Positions 38,401 to 50,453 of a stretch of 64,000 nucleotides of DNA are shown here, piece after piece. The stretch comes from Moniliella sp. 'wahieum' (taxonomy: Eukaryota). Within the stretch, counting starts at the first letter, position 1, and each line of letters starts with the position of its first letter. A program made the position numbers and the translations under genes. The stretch covers positions 1-64,000 of the forward strand of contig RSEE01000151.1 in assembly GCA_003971905.1 (NCBI GenBank), given 5' to 3'. The notes under the pieces were generated by a model. It was not told the DNA's origin, ran no database searches, and saw nothing but the letters and a program-made list of their open reading frames with translations.

Positions 38401-39485
38401 GAACAATCTGTTTGGCGACAGCAGCTCGACAGGACTAAATTCAGGAGGAGCGGGTGCATTGTCATCGCAATCCTGGAGGTGAGGTTGATTAGGCAACGAG
38501 GAGCTGGTGCGCTGGGTGGTGATATCATCTGAGAAGAATGAGGTGAAGTAGGGGCTGGGGCTAACTGGGAAAGAGTTGGTGCTGGAAGTGGCATTGGGGG
38601 GGTCACTACCAAGAGGTTTGGCGTTGCCAATGGATTCTTGGGAGCCCGATGTCGCGCCTGGACCTCCTTTTGCAGTTTCCTTGATTTGGGCCGCACTGGA
38701 GGAACGGGGTTGGCACTGTCGCTAGCGTCGGCGGAGCCCGTTAGGTCCTTCGGTGCACCCTGCTTTGATTTGGGCGACACGGGAGGAATGGCGTTGGCAC
38801 TGCCGCTAGCTTCGTCGGAGCCCGCTAGGTCCCCTTTGCATCCTGCTTGATTTGGGCTGCACTGGAGGAACGGGGTTGGCACTGCCGCTAGCTTCGACGG
38901 AGCCCGTTAGGTCCTTCTTGCGCCCTGCTTTGATTTGGGCGGCACTGGAGGAACGGGGTTGGCGCTGCCGTTGGATTCGACCGAGGCCGATTTGGGGGGC
39001 GGGTCCGTGTTAGGTTTTGGTTTTGGCTTTGGCTTTGGTTTGGTCGGCTGAGGGGGAATGGGCTTAGCACTTTCGCTGGATTTGTCCGAGGTAGAAGGGA
39101 CACTGGTCTCCTCTTGCACGTCCTGTTTGGGTTGTTTTGGGTTGGGGAACTTGGCAGGAGCGGGGCTGAGATTAGGGTCGGACTTAGCTTTGGCCTGTGG
39201 GCTTGTGGAGGGGGGCTTGCCCTGGGGGATGTTGTCATTGGGGCTGGAACTGGAGAGACCGGCATTGGGGCCAGCTTCGCTGTCGGGGGCTCGCGCTGCG
39301 TTGGGGGATGGATGGTGGACAGGGGTGGAGGGGGTTGTGGGGGCCGGAGGCGCGTGGCTGCCGGTAGATGGCGTGCCCGCGGGGGCGGCGGAGGCGGAGG
39401 TGGAGGCGAGCGCGTGGCGGACGAGCAGACGGCGGCTGGCCAGCACACGCGCCGGCTGAATGCGCGCCAGGGAGGCGACAAGCAT
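35499..39485 (-). CDS. SUV3-family mitochondrial RNA helicase homologue with degenerate ATPase motifs; intron 37118-37185
   Basis: Presequence-like MLVASLARIQPARVLASRRLLVRHA; IHLHVGAGNSGRT, PLRLRAHEIW, CNLLTAEE, SCTVE, VAVIDEIQMI, AKELHLCGE, GDCLVT, LPPE, KINRIVF, SQI-like TQIRQIAEQAGG; Suv3 C-terminal LESLHRTCLLYLWLARRFP. Confidence 0.85.
36428..36777 (-). repeat. 21-bp coding tandem repeat (~16-17 units) encoding [N/D]EEPSP[A/T] inside the SUV3-like gene
   Basis: GGCGAGGGCTCTTCGTTGGYA units on the + strand, including a variant sub-block that occurs twice. Confidence 0.95.
38681..38975 (-). repeat. ~84-bp coding tandem repeat (~3.5-4 units) encoding DLxGSxEASGSANPVPPVxPKSKQGA
   Basis: TTGATTTGGG unit starts at 38681, 38765, 38847 and 38930. 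Confidence 0.9.
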
Positions 39486-39971
39486 CGCAGCAGGCAGCCT
39501 AGCCGATGGCAGAACACGCCGCCGCTCTTCCCAACCGCCGGCTTGGGGCGGCAACCTGTGCTCCCTCCCACCCGCTACAAGAAGCAGCCCGTTGCAGTGG
39601 CCAAAAATACCTGCTCGGTGCAATGCCCCCCCCGGGAGAAGGTACGCTTCCGCCTGCTGCGGAACCAGGCCGGGCCTGTGTGGCGCCGCACAATTGAAAA
39701 CAGCATCGCCTGCGGCATCACATGCATCACATGTGATAGCCGCCATATGCGGCCACGTGACATGCCACCCTTGGCCTGCTTTCGACTTTCACTCGTGTCT
39801 GCCTCAGTCCCCCCCAGAGGCCCCTGCCCAATCAAAGCACTGCCTGCTGCCGCCCGCACCCATCCCAGCCACGCTTTTCGTGCCCCCACTCCGCGCGTCC
39901 AAGCGCAGACCCACCCCACGCCGCATCTGCTACCGCCGTGGCCACCACCCAGAGCGGCATCCAGGTCCTCC

Positions 39972-41445
39972 ATGCTGATGTGATCCAGTGTCGCCCAAGG
40001 TAAGGGTTTGCGACCATGGGCGCGCTTCGTGCTGTAGGCCCTTGAGCTTGTGGTCCAACGCAACCTGGACGAAAACGACAGACCAATGGTTTCGGTTTTT
40101 GTCGCCCCCTCCTAGTTTGCCCCCAAGCAAGACGTAGCCGCCTATCCGCATATCCTACCTGACGATTTCGCCGCCGCTTTGGCCTCCATTTTCCTCAGCC
40201 CCCTTGGGAGCCAGGATGGCCCAACTCCTCAGACCAGTCCCCGGATTTGCCGCGCCGCGTGCCTCGCATTTTTTCCCAGGTGTGGAGGAGATGTACCGTC
40301 ATGGGTTTACCCATTGGGGTCGCCGATCAGGCGAGTCCCTTCCTTCAGGCCGAGGTTTTGAGCAAGCAAATGGGGGGCACATCCCGCCCCGCCTTCTTCC
40401 GCGGTGGCTTGTCACACGGCTCTTTCACTTGTCTATCCCGATCATACTTACTTTGGTCACAAGGAAACCAGTCCTTATTCTCCTTCATCTTGTGTCCGAT
40501 CTTCAGTTCTCCTATACGCTCCTTCGGGTGACCATGGGGTCATCAGGCCAATCGATCGCGATCCCAAACCTTCGCTTTCCCTCATCAGCCGCAATACGTG
40601 TCTCTCGCCCAAGGTGCGTGCGCCCCGTATCACCCATCTCTCTCACGTCTTGTTCGGCGATTCGGAGGCATAGGAAATGTCGTATGAAACGCTCCGAATG
40701 ATACAAGTGCTCGATGCCACTCTTTCCACTTTGGCAGTCGAGATTCGTCAAGTTCTCTAAGATAAAGTGTACCTCGCACATGACTACCATTAATGGTCCT
40801 CGCACTGTAGACCCTTTGAAAGCACTCTCCAGTGTCATCTTCTCGGGTATGATCAACATTGCGGATGCGTTAGTTGATGGTCGACCGGCTGGTAAACCGA
40901 TCCGGACTGATTGGCAAAACGTGTTGCTTGGGATTCCGTTTGCGTTTGTCTTTGTTCCATGCTACTCTCCTGGAGGCAAGTGCCATGAAGTGCGCACTTA
41001 CGAACATCAGTGCTCCTAGTGCTCACTCACTACTTGTTCCCCCAAAATGGCTTCGCGCTTCGCTTCCGAAATGCCTTATTAGTTCTGTGATAGACTGCAG
41101 TGTGGCCGGTGTGACCCCCATGTTTGTACTCATTACCTTTTCCCCCTCCAAACTCCTTGTCTCTCGTTCTGATGGTCGAGGGCACGTATGGGGAAAGATC
41201 CTCTCCCTCATCATGCGTAGACGTCGTTGGCGTCTCTATAGTGGTACTGCCCTCGCAAATGCAATCAGCACCGAAGCGTCGGTCGACGACCAAAGCGTCC
41301 AAATTTAGAGATCGCAGCGTGGATCTGCTCTTTCAACTTCAAAAAATGCATTTCGTCAGATGCATCCGAGTTGATCGATGAGTTCGACAGCGAGCTGTCC
41401 GCCACCAGCGGCCTTTCGCCCAGTACCCAGGGTGGGAGCCACACC
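39972..41445 (+). CDS. Uncharacterised intron-rich gene upstream of VMA12; structure uncertain
   Basis: Splice signals GTAAGG ~39999...CTGAC...CAG ~40198, GTGCGT 40614...TAG 40673 and CTGTAG 40810 join coding-like segments (LSPK|EMSYETLRMIQVLDATLSTLAVEIRQVL; PLKALSSVIFSGMINIADALVDG; LEIAAWICSFNFKKC). No family recognised. Confidence 0.4.
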
Positions 41446-42624
41446 ATGCCCAAGCTTCTGCTTTCGGCGGAAGCCTCCTCCACACTCCACTCCCTCTTCT
41501 CGGGACCGAGCTGGATGCGGCTGTGCGGTCCGAACTAACCGTGGCTCTTGAGCAGGGTACCCTCCCGCCCCCATCTCCCACAGCAGAAAAGACCCAGGAC
41601 CCACCGACTTGCCTGCCATCCCTCCTTCTGTTCCCAAGGTGGTGCACCATGCTCTCTTATCCAGGTGGTTGAGGCCATGCGCGATGCGGAGGGCAAGGCC
41701 CCACCCTGGCCAGCCTGGTGAAGGGTGCGACGGTCTACCACCCTCCGCGGCCGGTGTACAAGCGCCCCCCCGAGTTGGATGCGCTCCTGGCGCGGATCAA
41801 GGCGGCACAGGACAAGGCGGCGTACGAAGCCATGGTGCACGGAGACGATGTGTCTCTGTCTGGCAAACCAGGCATGCACGGAGCGGGTGTGCCCGCGGTT
41901 GTGCCTCACGAACCTACCCTCCTTGCTGCCCCCCCCATGGACGAGAAGGAAGCCTGGCGTCAGATGCGCTCTGCCTTGTCGGCCATTGCCTCGGTTTCTT
42001 CTCATATGGCAGGCGTTGTGACGGCAGTATGGCAAGCGGGCGGAACAGCGTCTGTGGTATGGGTAGGTGCTTTCCTTTCTTTCTGTTGGCTTCTTCCTTG
42101 GACACGAGACCTGACACGCTTTTCAGAAAACTCTGACCGCCCTCGGCCTGGCCCTGATTGTGGCTGGGGCCGAGACGTTTTTGTACATGCGTGGCTTTGG
42201 CTTTTTCCAGCCTAGCGCACGTCATTCACCTTGGCCTGAGCCGGTCTCTGCATCTGCGCCTTCCACCCGGCCGCTGCCTACTGCCACCCTGCCCAGCGAG
42301 GATGTCCTGGCTCGGTTGCGACAAGAACAGGATCAAGCCATCAACCAGCATCTCGCTCACCACCCTCCTCCCGTCCCCCCCACCCCGTCCGACGCCGACG
42401 CGAAAAACAGAGCAATAAGACCCACACCACTCCTCGGCCGTGGCCAGCCGCCGGGGAGCCCGCAAGCGCAAAAACAAGTAACCATCACCTCCGCTCGCGC
42501 GCTACTTCCCACCAGTGGATTTGCCTCCTGGAGCTATGTATCAACTGTGGCCCGCTTCCACCTTACCTGTTTTGAGGAACCAACAATCGTGACAATGAGA
42601 AAGAGAGATGACGGAGATGGATAG
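41446..42624 (+). CDS. VMA12: V-ATPase assembly factor Vma12/Vph2 (TMEM199); intron ~42060-42126; 3' end uncertain
   Basis: LVKGATVYHPPRPVYKRPPELDALLARIKAAQDKAAYEAMV...WRQMRSALSAI followed by hydrophobic helices ending AGAETFLY. Confidence 0.78.
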
Positions 42625-43366
42625 GTTAGGCGGAGGATGGCGGACCGGGACAGGCCTCGTCACTCTTTTGAACCACCGAGAGGGCCGGCCGAGTTGTCCG
42701 TCCTGAGGCGGCACACATACAGGGTAGTGCGGCGTGTACCATCACATCATCACTTGGCCCAGTCGTTGACGCATAGCTTGACGGGGCAGCCCAGGACAGG
42801 TGCCGGTGAGGAGACAACTGGCTGTGACGACAAAGGGTCATAGGATTTTCCGTATCCCTCCTGCAGCCTCATGTGAGGATCTCTCCTGGTCATCTATGCG
42901 CAGCTCTCTCTCTGCCCCTCACCTCTCAGAGTTACTAGTTCCTGCCGACTGTTGTGCGGGGGCGGGGCATGGAGAGGGGAGACGAGGCTCTTGAGGCCTG
43001 AAGCTTGAAGTGGGATGACGCGGACGCAGCGCGAAAACGCGACGCGTGCGCGTCGTCTGCTGGGCCACTGGTGCGTACCTAACTGAGCTACTGAGTACTG
43101 GGTTACCGAGTCCTGAACTCGGCGATGTAATTCCGCTGCAAATTTGCCGTCCAGCGCCCAACGACAGCCTCTCGCCCCCAGCGCTTTGCATGCTCCGTTC
43201 CGCCCCGGCCTTTTTTTTTTGCCGTCAGGCCGCCGTCTCGCCATTTTTTTCCCTCCTCCCCCCGACCAACCACCTGGACGCGACTTGAAGAGCGGCGGCC
43301 CGCTGGCAGACGGTTATCTGCCCTTTCACCCCCCACCCCACATCTGTCTACCCACACCCCACCACC

Positions 43367-45408
43367 ATGAAGTACATCTGCGTCTCCGGCGGTGTCATCT
43401 CTGGCATTGGCAAGGGCGTTATTGGTGCGTGTCTCCCAGCTGGGTCTACCCATCCAACCACCGGTCTCCTCCCTTGCCTGCTAACCTACCATCCTTAGCC
43501 TCTTCGACCGGCCTACTGCTCAAGACTCAGGGGCTCAAGGTCACCGCCATCAAGATCGACCCGTACATGAACATTGACGCAGGCACCATGGCCCCTACCG
43601 AGCACGGTGAGGTGTTTGTGCTGAACGACGGCGGTGAGGCGGACCTGGACTTGGGCAACTACGAGCGCTACCTCGACGTTACGCTCCGCCGCGACAACAA
43701 CATTACCACGGGCAAGATCTACAGCCAGGTGATTGAGAAGGAGCGCCGTGGTGACTACCTGGGCAAGACGGTGCAGATTGTGCCCCACTTGACCGACGCG
43801 ATCCAAGAGTGGATTGAACGCGTGGCGCGCTTGCCCGTTGACGACACAGGGGAGGAGCCCGATGTGTGCATCATTGAGCTGGGTGGCACGGTGGGTGACA
43901 TTGAATCTGCCCCGTTTGTCGAGGCGCTGCGTCAGTTCCAGTTCCGCGTTGGCCACGAGAATTTTGCGTTGATTCACGTGTCTCTTGTGCCCGTCATTGG
44001 GGGGGAACAAAAACCAAGCCGACCCAGGCGGCGATCCGCGATCTGCGTGGTCTGGGCCTTGTGCCCGACATGATTGCCGCCCGGTGTGCGCGCCCGCTGG
44101 ACCGGGGCGTGATCAACAAGCTGTCCATGTTCTGCCACGTTGGACCGGAGCAAGTGCTGGGCGTGCACGATGTCAGCTCGACGTACCATGTGCCGCTCCT
44201 GCTGCAGCACCAGGGCATGGTCAAGTACTTTGAGAAGCGTCTGCAGCTCAACTTGGGCTCCCTCACGCCCGCCATGCAAGCGCGGGGCGCGGCGTTGCGC
44301 CAAAAGTGGAAGGACCTCACCATCTCGGTCGACCGGGCGATCGAGCCGGTGGAAATTGTCCTGGTGGGCAAGTACACTTCGCTGCACGACTCGTACATGT
44401 CGGTGGTCAAGGCGTTGGAGCACGCGGCGATGCGCGTCGGTCGTACGCTCAAGTTGACCTGGGTCGAATCGACAGACTTGGAGCCCGAAACGCAGAACGA
44501 CAACCCGGTCCGGTACCACGAGGCATGGCACTCGGTTTGCTCGGCCCGGGGCATCCTCGTACCCGGTGGGTTTGGCAAGCGGGGTACAGAGGGCATGATT
44601 GCCGCGGCCAAGTGGGCGCGTGAGAAACGGGTGCCGTTCTTGGGCATTTGCCTCGGCTTCCAGATTGCCGTGGTGGAATATGCGCGCAACGTGTGCGGCA
44701 TGACCGAGGCCAACTCGGCGGAGCTGGAGCCCAACACGCCGGAACCGGTGGTGGTGTACATGCCCGAGATTAGCAAGACCCACCTGGGCGGTACGATGCG
44801 CTTGGGCCTTCGCCCCACCATCTTCCAAGACGGATGCGAGTGGTCGCAGATCCGCCAGCTCTATGGCGACCAACCAGTCGTCTGGGAGCGCCACCGTCAC
44901 CGCTACGAAATCAACCCGGCCAAGGTGGAGCAGCTCGAGAAGGGTTCCGGCGCCAGCGCCGACGAGGAACCGTACCTGGCGCCCCGGGCCCCTCCGACGC
45001 GGCAGCCTTCGTACCCTATGGGCGAGCTCTTCCTCCCGTCTTCCGACGCATCCACTGGCCCGCCGGCCGAGAAGTTGGTCTTTGTCGGCAAGGACGAGCG
45101 TGGGGCGGATGCAGATTGCCGAGATGAAGGACCACCCGTATTATGTTGGCTTGCAAGCCCACCCGGAACTCGTCTCGCGGCCGCTCAACCCGTCGCCGCC
45201 TTTCCTCGGCTTGGTTGCCGCGGCGGCAGGCCGTCTGGACGACCAGATTGCGCGCCAACGCGCCTCGTTCAAGCCCCCGCACCCGGAGGAGGTGATGCTG
45301 CTCGAGTCGGAGGTCCAGCGTCGTGCCGAGGCCGACGCGCCGAACGCGATCGAGCGCTTTATCAAGCCCGCTGGCACGCCCCCGGGCACGGCCACCCCCG
45401 TTTCGTAA
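43367..45408 (+). CDS. URA7: CTP synthase; intron 43425-43498
   Basis: [71 protein letters not shown] (catalytic Cys), [13 protein letters not shown]. Confidence 0.97.
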
Positions 45409-46529
45409 CTTGCTCGGCCTGCCCGCTGGGGGTCCCAGTGAGCTGAGATGGAGCAGCGGTGGTTCCTCACCGAGTCGACGGCGATCATCAATCAGCATCG
45501 GTCATTTGCGTGGTGTTGGCACCCATAGAACACGCTGGGAGCTTGTAGCCGGATGCCTGAGCCGCAAGCAGGTGGACCCAGTGAGCTAGTGCGGTCGGGT
45601 TAGAAGGGTGTACTGCTTAACAGGGATGTCGTGACAGGGGACGCGTTTAGCTTTATGTTGTACGTTGACCTAAGCCTTAGCGTGTAAAAAAAACTGGCGT
45701 GCAACCCATCTTGACTGCTGCCGGCTGCTGCCGCCGCTTGCTCAATGGGGCCAGACGGGGGTTGGGTGTTGTGCAGATTGGGCGCTCTGTTTTCGCTCTG
45801 TTTTCGCTCGGCTCCGACCCAGTGCTCAAGCGCTGAGCGTTAGCGCTCCGTGCTGCGTGCTGCGTCGCCCTGCCCCCCCGGCTGAGCACCCACACCACGC
45901 CCATCCCCCTCCCGACACTCGCCCCGGGCGAGCAGCGAGCATGGAGCAGCGCACCGCACGGCGCCAGTGCACGGGACGGCACCCGATGCAGGCACACGGC
46001 CCCCCGCCCCCTCCGGGCACTTGGGATGCACTACACTGCCCTCGTCCGACCGCGATCGGCGTAGCGCCGGCCGCATGCGGAGCAGGCACCAGCACGGCGC
46101 CCGTGTGCGCCTGGTTCCAGCACGGAGGCAGCCGGGTCCGACAACGCCGCCACGCAAAAGCCAAGCCGTGCGGGCGGCCCGGCAGAGGGTGCCCGGCGGT
46201 GGCCGCTGGCCTCTTCAAGCTTCACCTGGAAGCGTGAAGCTTCAAGCTTGGCGAGAGGGGGCGAGCCCTTGGGTGCTGCGGCGGAGTCTGCTTGAACCAC
46301 CACCCCCACCCCTCCCTTGCGCTTCTGCCCTTCCCCCTGCCCCCCTCCGCCCCCTCCGCCCTCTCCCCCCTCCCGCCCCCCTCCGCCCCTCCCGCCCACA
46401 CTCTCTTCATCCGCTGCGGCTGGCCGCACTCCGCCCACAACTCTTCCCCTCTCTCCTCGCCCTCTCTTGCTCCTCTCTCTTGCTCCTCCCTCTTGCTCCT
46501 CTCTCTTGCTCCTCTCTCTCGCTCCGCCC

Positions 46530-47845
46530 ATGCCCGCCCACCCGCCTTCTGCGCTCCCCAGCTGGCCTGGCCCGCCGCCGCGGCCCACAGCTTCCCTCCC
46601 CCGAGCTGGACCTTGACCTGGCTCCTGTTCCCGCCCTCGTCGACGCCAGCGACGACGACGACGACGTTGACAGCACCCGCAGCTCCCCTTCCACCTCTCT
46701 CGGCTCGCTGCGCGACTTTGCTGCGGTGGGAGTGCACCCGATTGGCGCCAAGCCGCTGCCCGACGAGGTCCTGGTCCCCATCCAGTCCGTCGCCCCTGGC
46801 ACGCTCACCCACTTTTCCCATCCGCCGCGCGTCACCACCTTCCGCATCGACCCTACTCCTCCCTGGCTTGCTTCGTCCGAGCCGGACAGCAATGCACTGG
46901 TCGAATGCTGGGACTGGGACAACACGTTTGGTCCCGCCCCGGTTCTGCCCACTGCCTCTCCCCGTCCGTCGAGCCAGACCCATGGACGCAACGGCCAGCG
47001 CCGTGCGCTCTCTGCCTCTCTTCTTCTTTCCTTTCCGGCGCTCGACGCTTCCCCCCCCCGGCGTCACCGCTGTCGCGCTTGTCGATCGCCATGCGCCACG
47101 CCGTCCAGCGTCGTCTTAGTTTCTCCTCCGAGACCAGCCCAGACCAGCCTGTCAGTCCGGGTCGGAGCCACGCTTCTCTCTCCCGCCTCGGTCCGCCGCA
47201 GATCACTGTCACTTCCCCCGACGGTCTGACTTACCCATTTGTCGACTCGGACTCGGACTCGGATCTGGATGAGGATGAAGATGAGAACCAGGACCGTGGC
47301 CTGGGTCCGGAGAGTCATACGACATGCGCTCCAAAGGTGCAGTCCGATGCCACGCCACGCTCAGTGCAGGGATGTGCGATGGACCTGCCTATCCCCACCG
47401 TGCTAGTTACTCCCCCGAGTCAGAATCGGGATGAAGCGAGGGCCTCTACCGCAGCCTCTCTGGATCCCGTCTCCGAGGCGACAGAGACGGACTGCGTCCC
47501 CGTGGCGGCCCACTTGGACCGATTCAAGGGAAGACGTTTGACGACGAGATTGACCTCTCTCTGGATCTGGACCTCGATCTTGCCTTCACTGGCATGGATC
47601 TGGCACCGGTCTTGGGCTCCCCGGCACCTAGGTTTCCCAGCCAATGGAGTGGAGAGTGCGTTGCGGTTACGTTTGACGATCCCCTGCCCTCGCACGAGGA
47701 GAGGGAATGCGAGTGGAACAACGACGCTGGCTCTTCCCCCTTTGCTGTCCCGGCCGGCATCCCTCTTCGTCCGCGGACATCGTGCAAGCGGCGAGCCGGA
47801 CGCAATATGGTCCATCGTCTCGGCCTTCGGGCCGGACAGGCCTAA
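46530..47845 (+). CDS. Hypothetical disordered acidic protein with internal duplication
   Basis: Coding-like frames with DDDDD and DSDSDSD tracts and twice-occurring LDLDLA...EC(W/E)W.N motifs; preceded by a CT-rich repeat (~46440-46520). Confidence 0.4.
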
Positions 47846-48520
47846 GACCCGTCGGAGGAAATTGATCTTCCTCCCCTGCCCACCTTTAGCTGGCTAGAGG
47901 TTCGGGCGTGTGCCCTGCTAGTCGGGGTTGTCCAGGGACTACTTCCACGCCTTCATTCGTATCTCCCCCCCCCCTCCCGCTCGCCCTCTTCCCGTGCTGC
48001 CTTGTCCGTCGCGGTATGTACATGTTGCGATACCTGTCGGCCCTTGTCTCGTCCCATTTCTCTTTGCCTTCCGTAACTCTTCTTTTTTTGCCCCCGCTGG
48101 CGCCTTGGTATGGTGACTGGGTACACCTGATCCCCACCCGTTTGCACGGTTTGCACAGCGCATCGATCGAGCTCCGATCCCAGCCAGCTGCGTGGCCGGG
48201 CCAAACGTCCGGTCGACCAGTTTGATGTCTGCGGTTCACCTCGTTGCCGTGCCATCCGTAGTGTGAAAGACAATGAGACGCCATTGCAATCTCATCCTCC
48301 TCTCATTCCTACTACTGCCATATATCAGTTCCCAGCTGAGCACCAACAGCGCTATCTCCTGCTAGCCTGCTGGCCCCCGCCGAGACAGCATCCCATCCAT
48401 CCCGTCGGATTACTAGTCAGAGTCCAGATGTATAAAGGAAAGAACAGGTACCACCACCACCCATGGGATCCAAGCGCACTCATCAGTTCCGCTCCGCCTG
48501 CGCCCCGTCCGTCCCACCGC

Positions 48521-50115
48521 TCACAACGGTCCTCGCCGCAGCGCCCCGGCCCACACTGATGGATCCGCATCCAATTCTTGCGCATCCGACTCGTCCGACG
48601 CCTCGTCCGAATCAAACGGGTTCAGCTCCATATCGGCGTCCGTCTCACCAGGCCGGAGGGGCCGACCAAGGGAAGACGCAAATGGGTGTGACGATGGCCT
48701 GGCGGGAGTGGCGGGCCAAGAGGAGCGTGGGCCGCCAAGGCCGGGAAGTTCGTCGTCCGACACCTCCTCCACGTCCAACACCTTGATCGTCCTTCGACCG
48801 AGCCAGCGTGGAGGCGAGTCCAGCTCGGTATCGGGCAGTGCTATTTGGCCTTCTGGGCCGGGCGCGTCCTCGAGCGGAGGCGAGGTGGAAAAGTGGCGGA
48901 TTGCGACCGCACCAACGCCGCGACCACCATCCCGCCCAAAATCAGCGCGTTGTGCAGCGAGACAAGATGGAACTCGTCGGGGCTCGCCATCTCGTCCAGC
49001 TTTTGGCCAATGGTCACATAGATAAACGAACCGGCCGCGATGCCCAACGCGGTCGAGATCCAAAAGGTGGGCAGACTGATGCCTAGGTGCGGGGCGAGGA
49101 CGTTGATGACGCTGTGGGGCGGGACGGGTGCCATGCGGACCACAACCAAGTAACTGATCAGGTTTGATTCTTGGTTGATCCGCGCTTTCCAGCTGTCCAC
49201 GCGGCGCTTCCAGTTGGGCAACACACTCAGCAACGCGCCCATCGGCTTGCTGATCAGGTACGCCAGCGACGCCCCGTGGCAATCGTCTGGCCAGCGCACA
49301 AGAGGAAACCAATCCAGTCAATACATGAAGAGACAAGAACACAAGCGGCGATGAGTATCAATTAGGCGGGACGTACACAACAACCAATGGGTAGGCAACT
49401 TTGGTGCCCCACATGGCCCCACCAAGGATGGACATATATGTGCTTCCCGGCACGGCAAAGGCCTGGAGGAACAAGTAGACCGATACCCAGGAGATCAGCA
49501 GACGGGTATTGTACCGGTCCTTGTACCGTTTGAGTAGCGTGTTGAGTGCCTTGAGGTGATCAAACGAGCGAGGCACGCGGAAATCTGCCTTGTCCGCCGC
49601 ATCCATCCGCGGCAAGACGCAGTACAGCGTCACGCCCAGCGCCACCACCGACACGACAAACATCACAGCCAGCTTGCTTGCCACCGACACGAGTACGCGC
49701 CGCCGCTCGGCACGCGTAAGCGGCTTGTACGCCGGATCCATCGGATCGTCCGTATCCTCCAGCGGCGGGCCCTCGAGCCACTGCCGCACCCGCTGCCGCA
49801 CCCGCGCAACCCGGCTCGGCCGCCGCGCCGCGCGCCATGCGGCAGGTCAGTGCGCTCGGAAAAGCCTCGATGAGTGATGCCGGCACTCGTGTCCGACGCA
49901 GCATCTGCCTCAGACTCGTATGCGGCGTCGGCGTCGGCATCGAGTTCGAGCTCGGAGCTGTCGCGGTCGTCGCGAGCCGAGGCGGCGGGCCGGCGGAGGG
50001 TATGGAGGCTGACACGGCTGAAGGCCGAGTCGGTCTGGGCGCCGTCGTCGACGTCGTCGACGTCGATGGTGTTGCCACGCGGGCGGCGTGGGTACGTGGG
50101 ACGGAGGGAGCGCAT
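48521..50115 (-). CDS. TMEM41/TVP38-like DedA (VTT-domain) membrane protein; intron near 49290-49375
   Basis: FRVPRSFDHLKALNTLLKRYKD, YLFLQAFAVPGSTYMSILGGAMWG, GASLAYLIS, SYLVVVRMAPVPPHSVINVLAPHLGI..FWISTALG. Confidence 0.85.
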
Positions 50116-50453
50116 GATGGCGCACGGCGCTCCAGAGCTGCTGGTGGCGGCGGCCGAGGGGGCGCGGGTGGCGGCGGCGGTGCGGCGCAGCGGTGAAAGT
50201 TGCAGGCGGGCGCCCAATGCATAACCCTGCTGCCCAGCCCAGTGGCTTAGCCAATCCCCTGCTGACCTCAGCACCCGCCTCCCTCCCGCATCGCCATTAC
50301 GAAGACAGCACACAACCCTACCCGGCACCGCGCCGGGCCAGCCCACACTGGCGCCGTGCGGCGCTGGCAGGCGGCATGCATGCTGGCCGGCTCTTTTCGC
50401 CGCCACGGCCGCCGCCAGGCGGCAGCATCCAGCCCACCACCCCCGCCTCCGCC

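Noticed and set aside
40650..40745. Two hairpins plus ANANNA suggesting a second H/ACA RNA
   Set aside because: No proper pseudouridylation pockets or ACA spacing, and the stretch reads better as an exon (EMSYETLRMIQVLDATL).
43070..43095. tRNA D-arm-like TAGCTCAGTTAGGTA on the minus strand
   Set aside because: No anticodon arm, T arm or acceptor stem.
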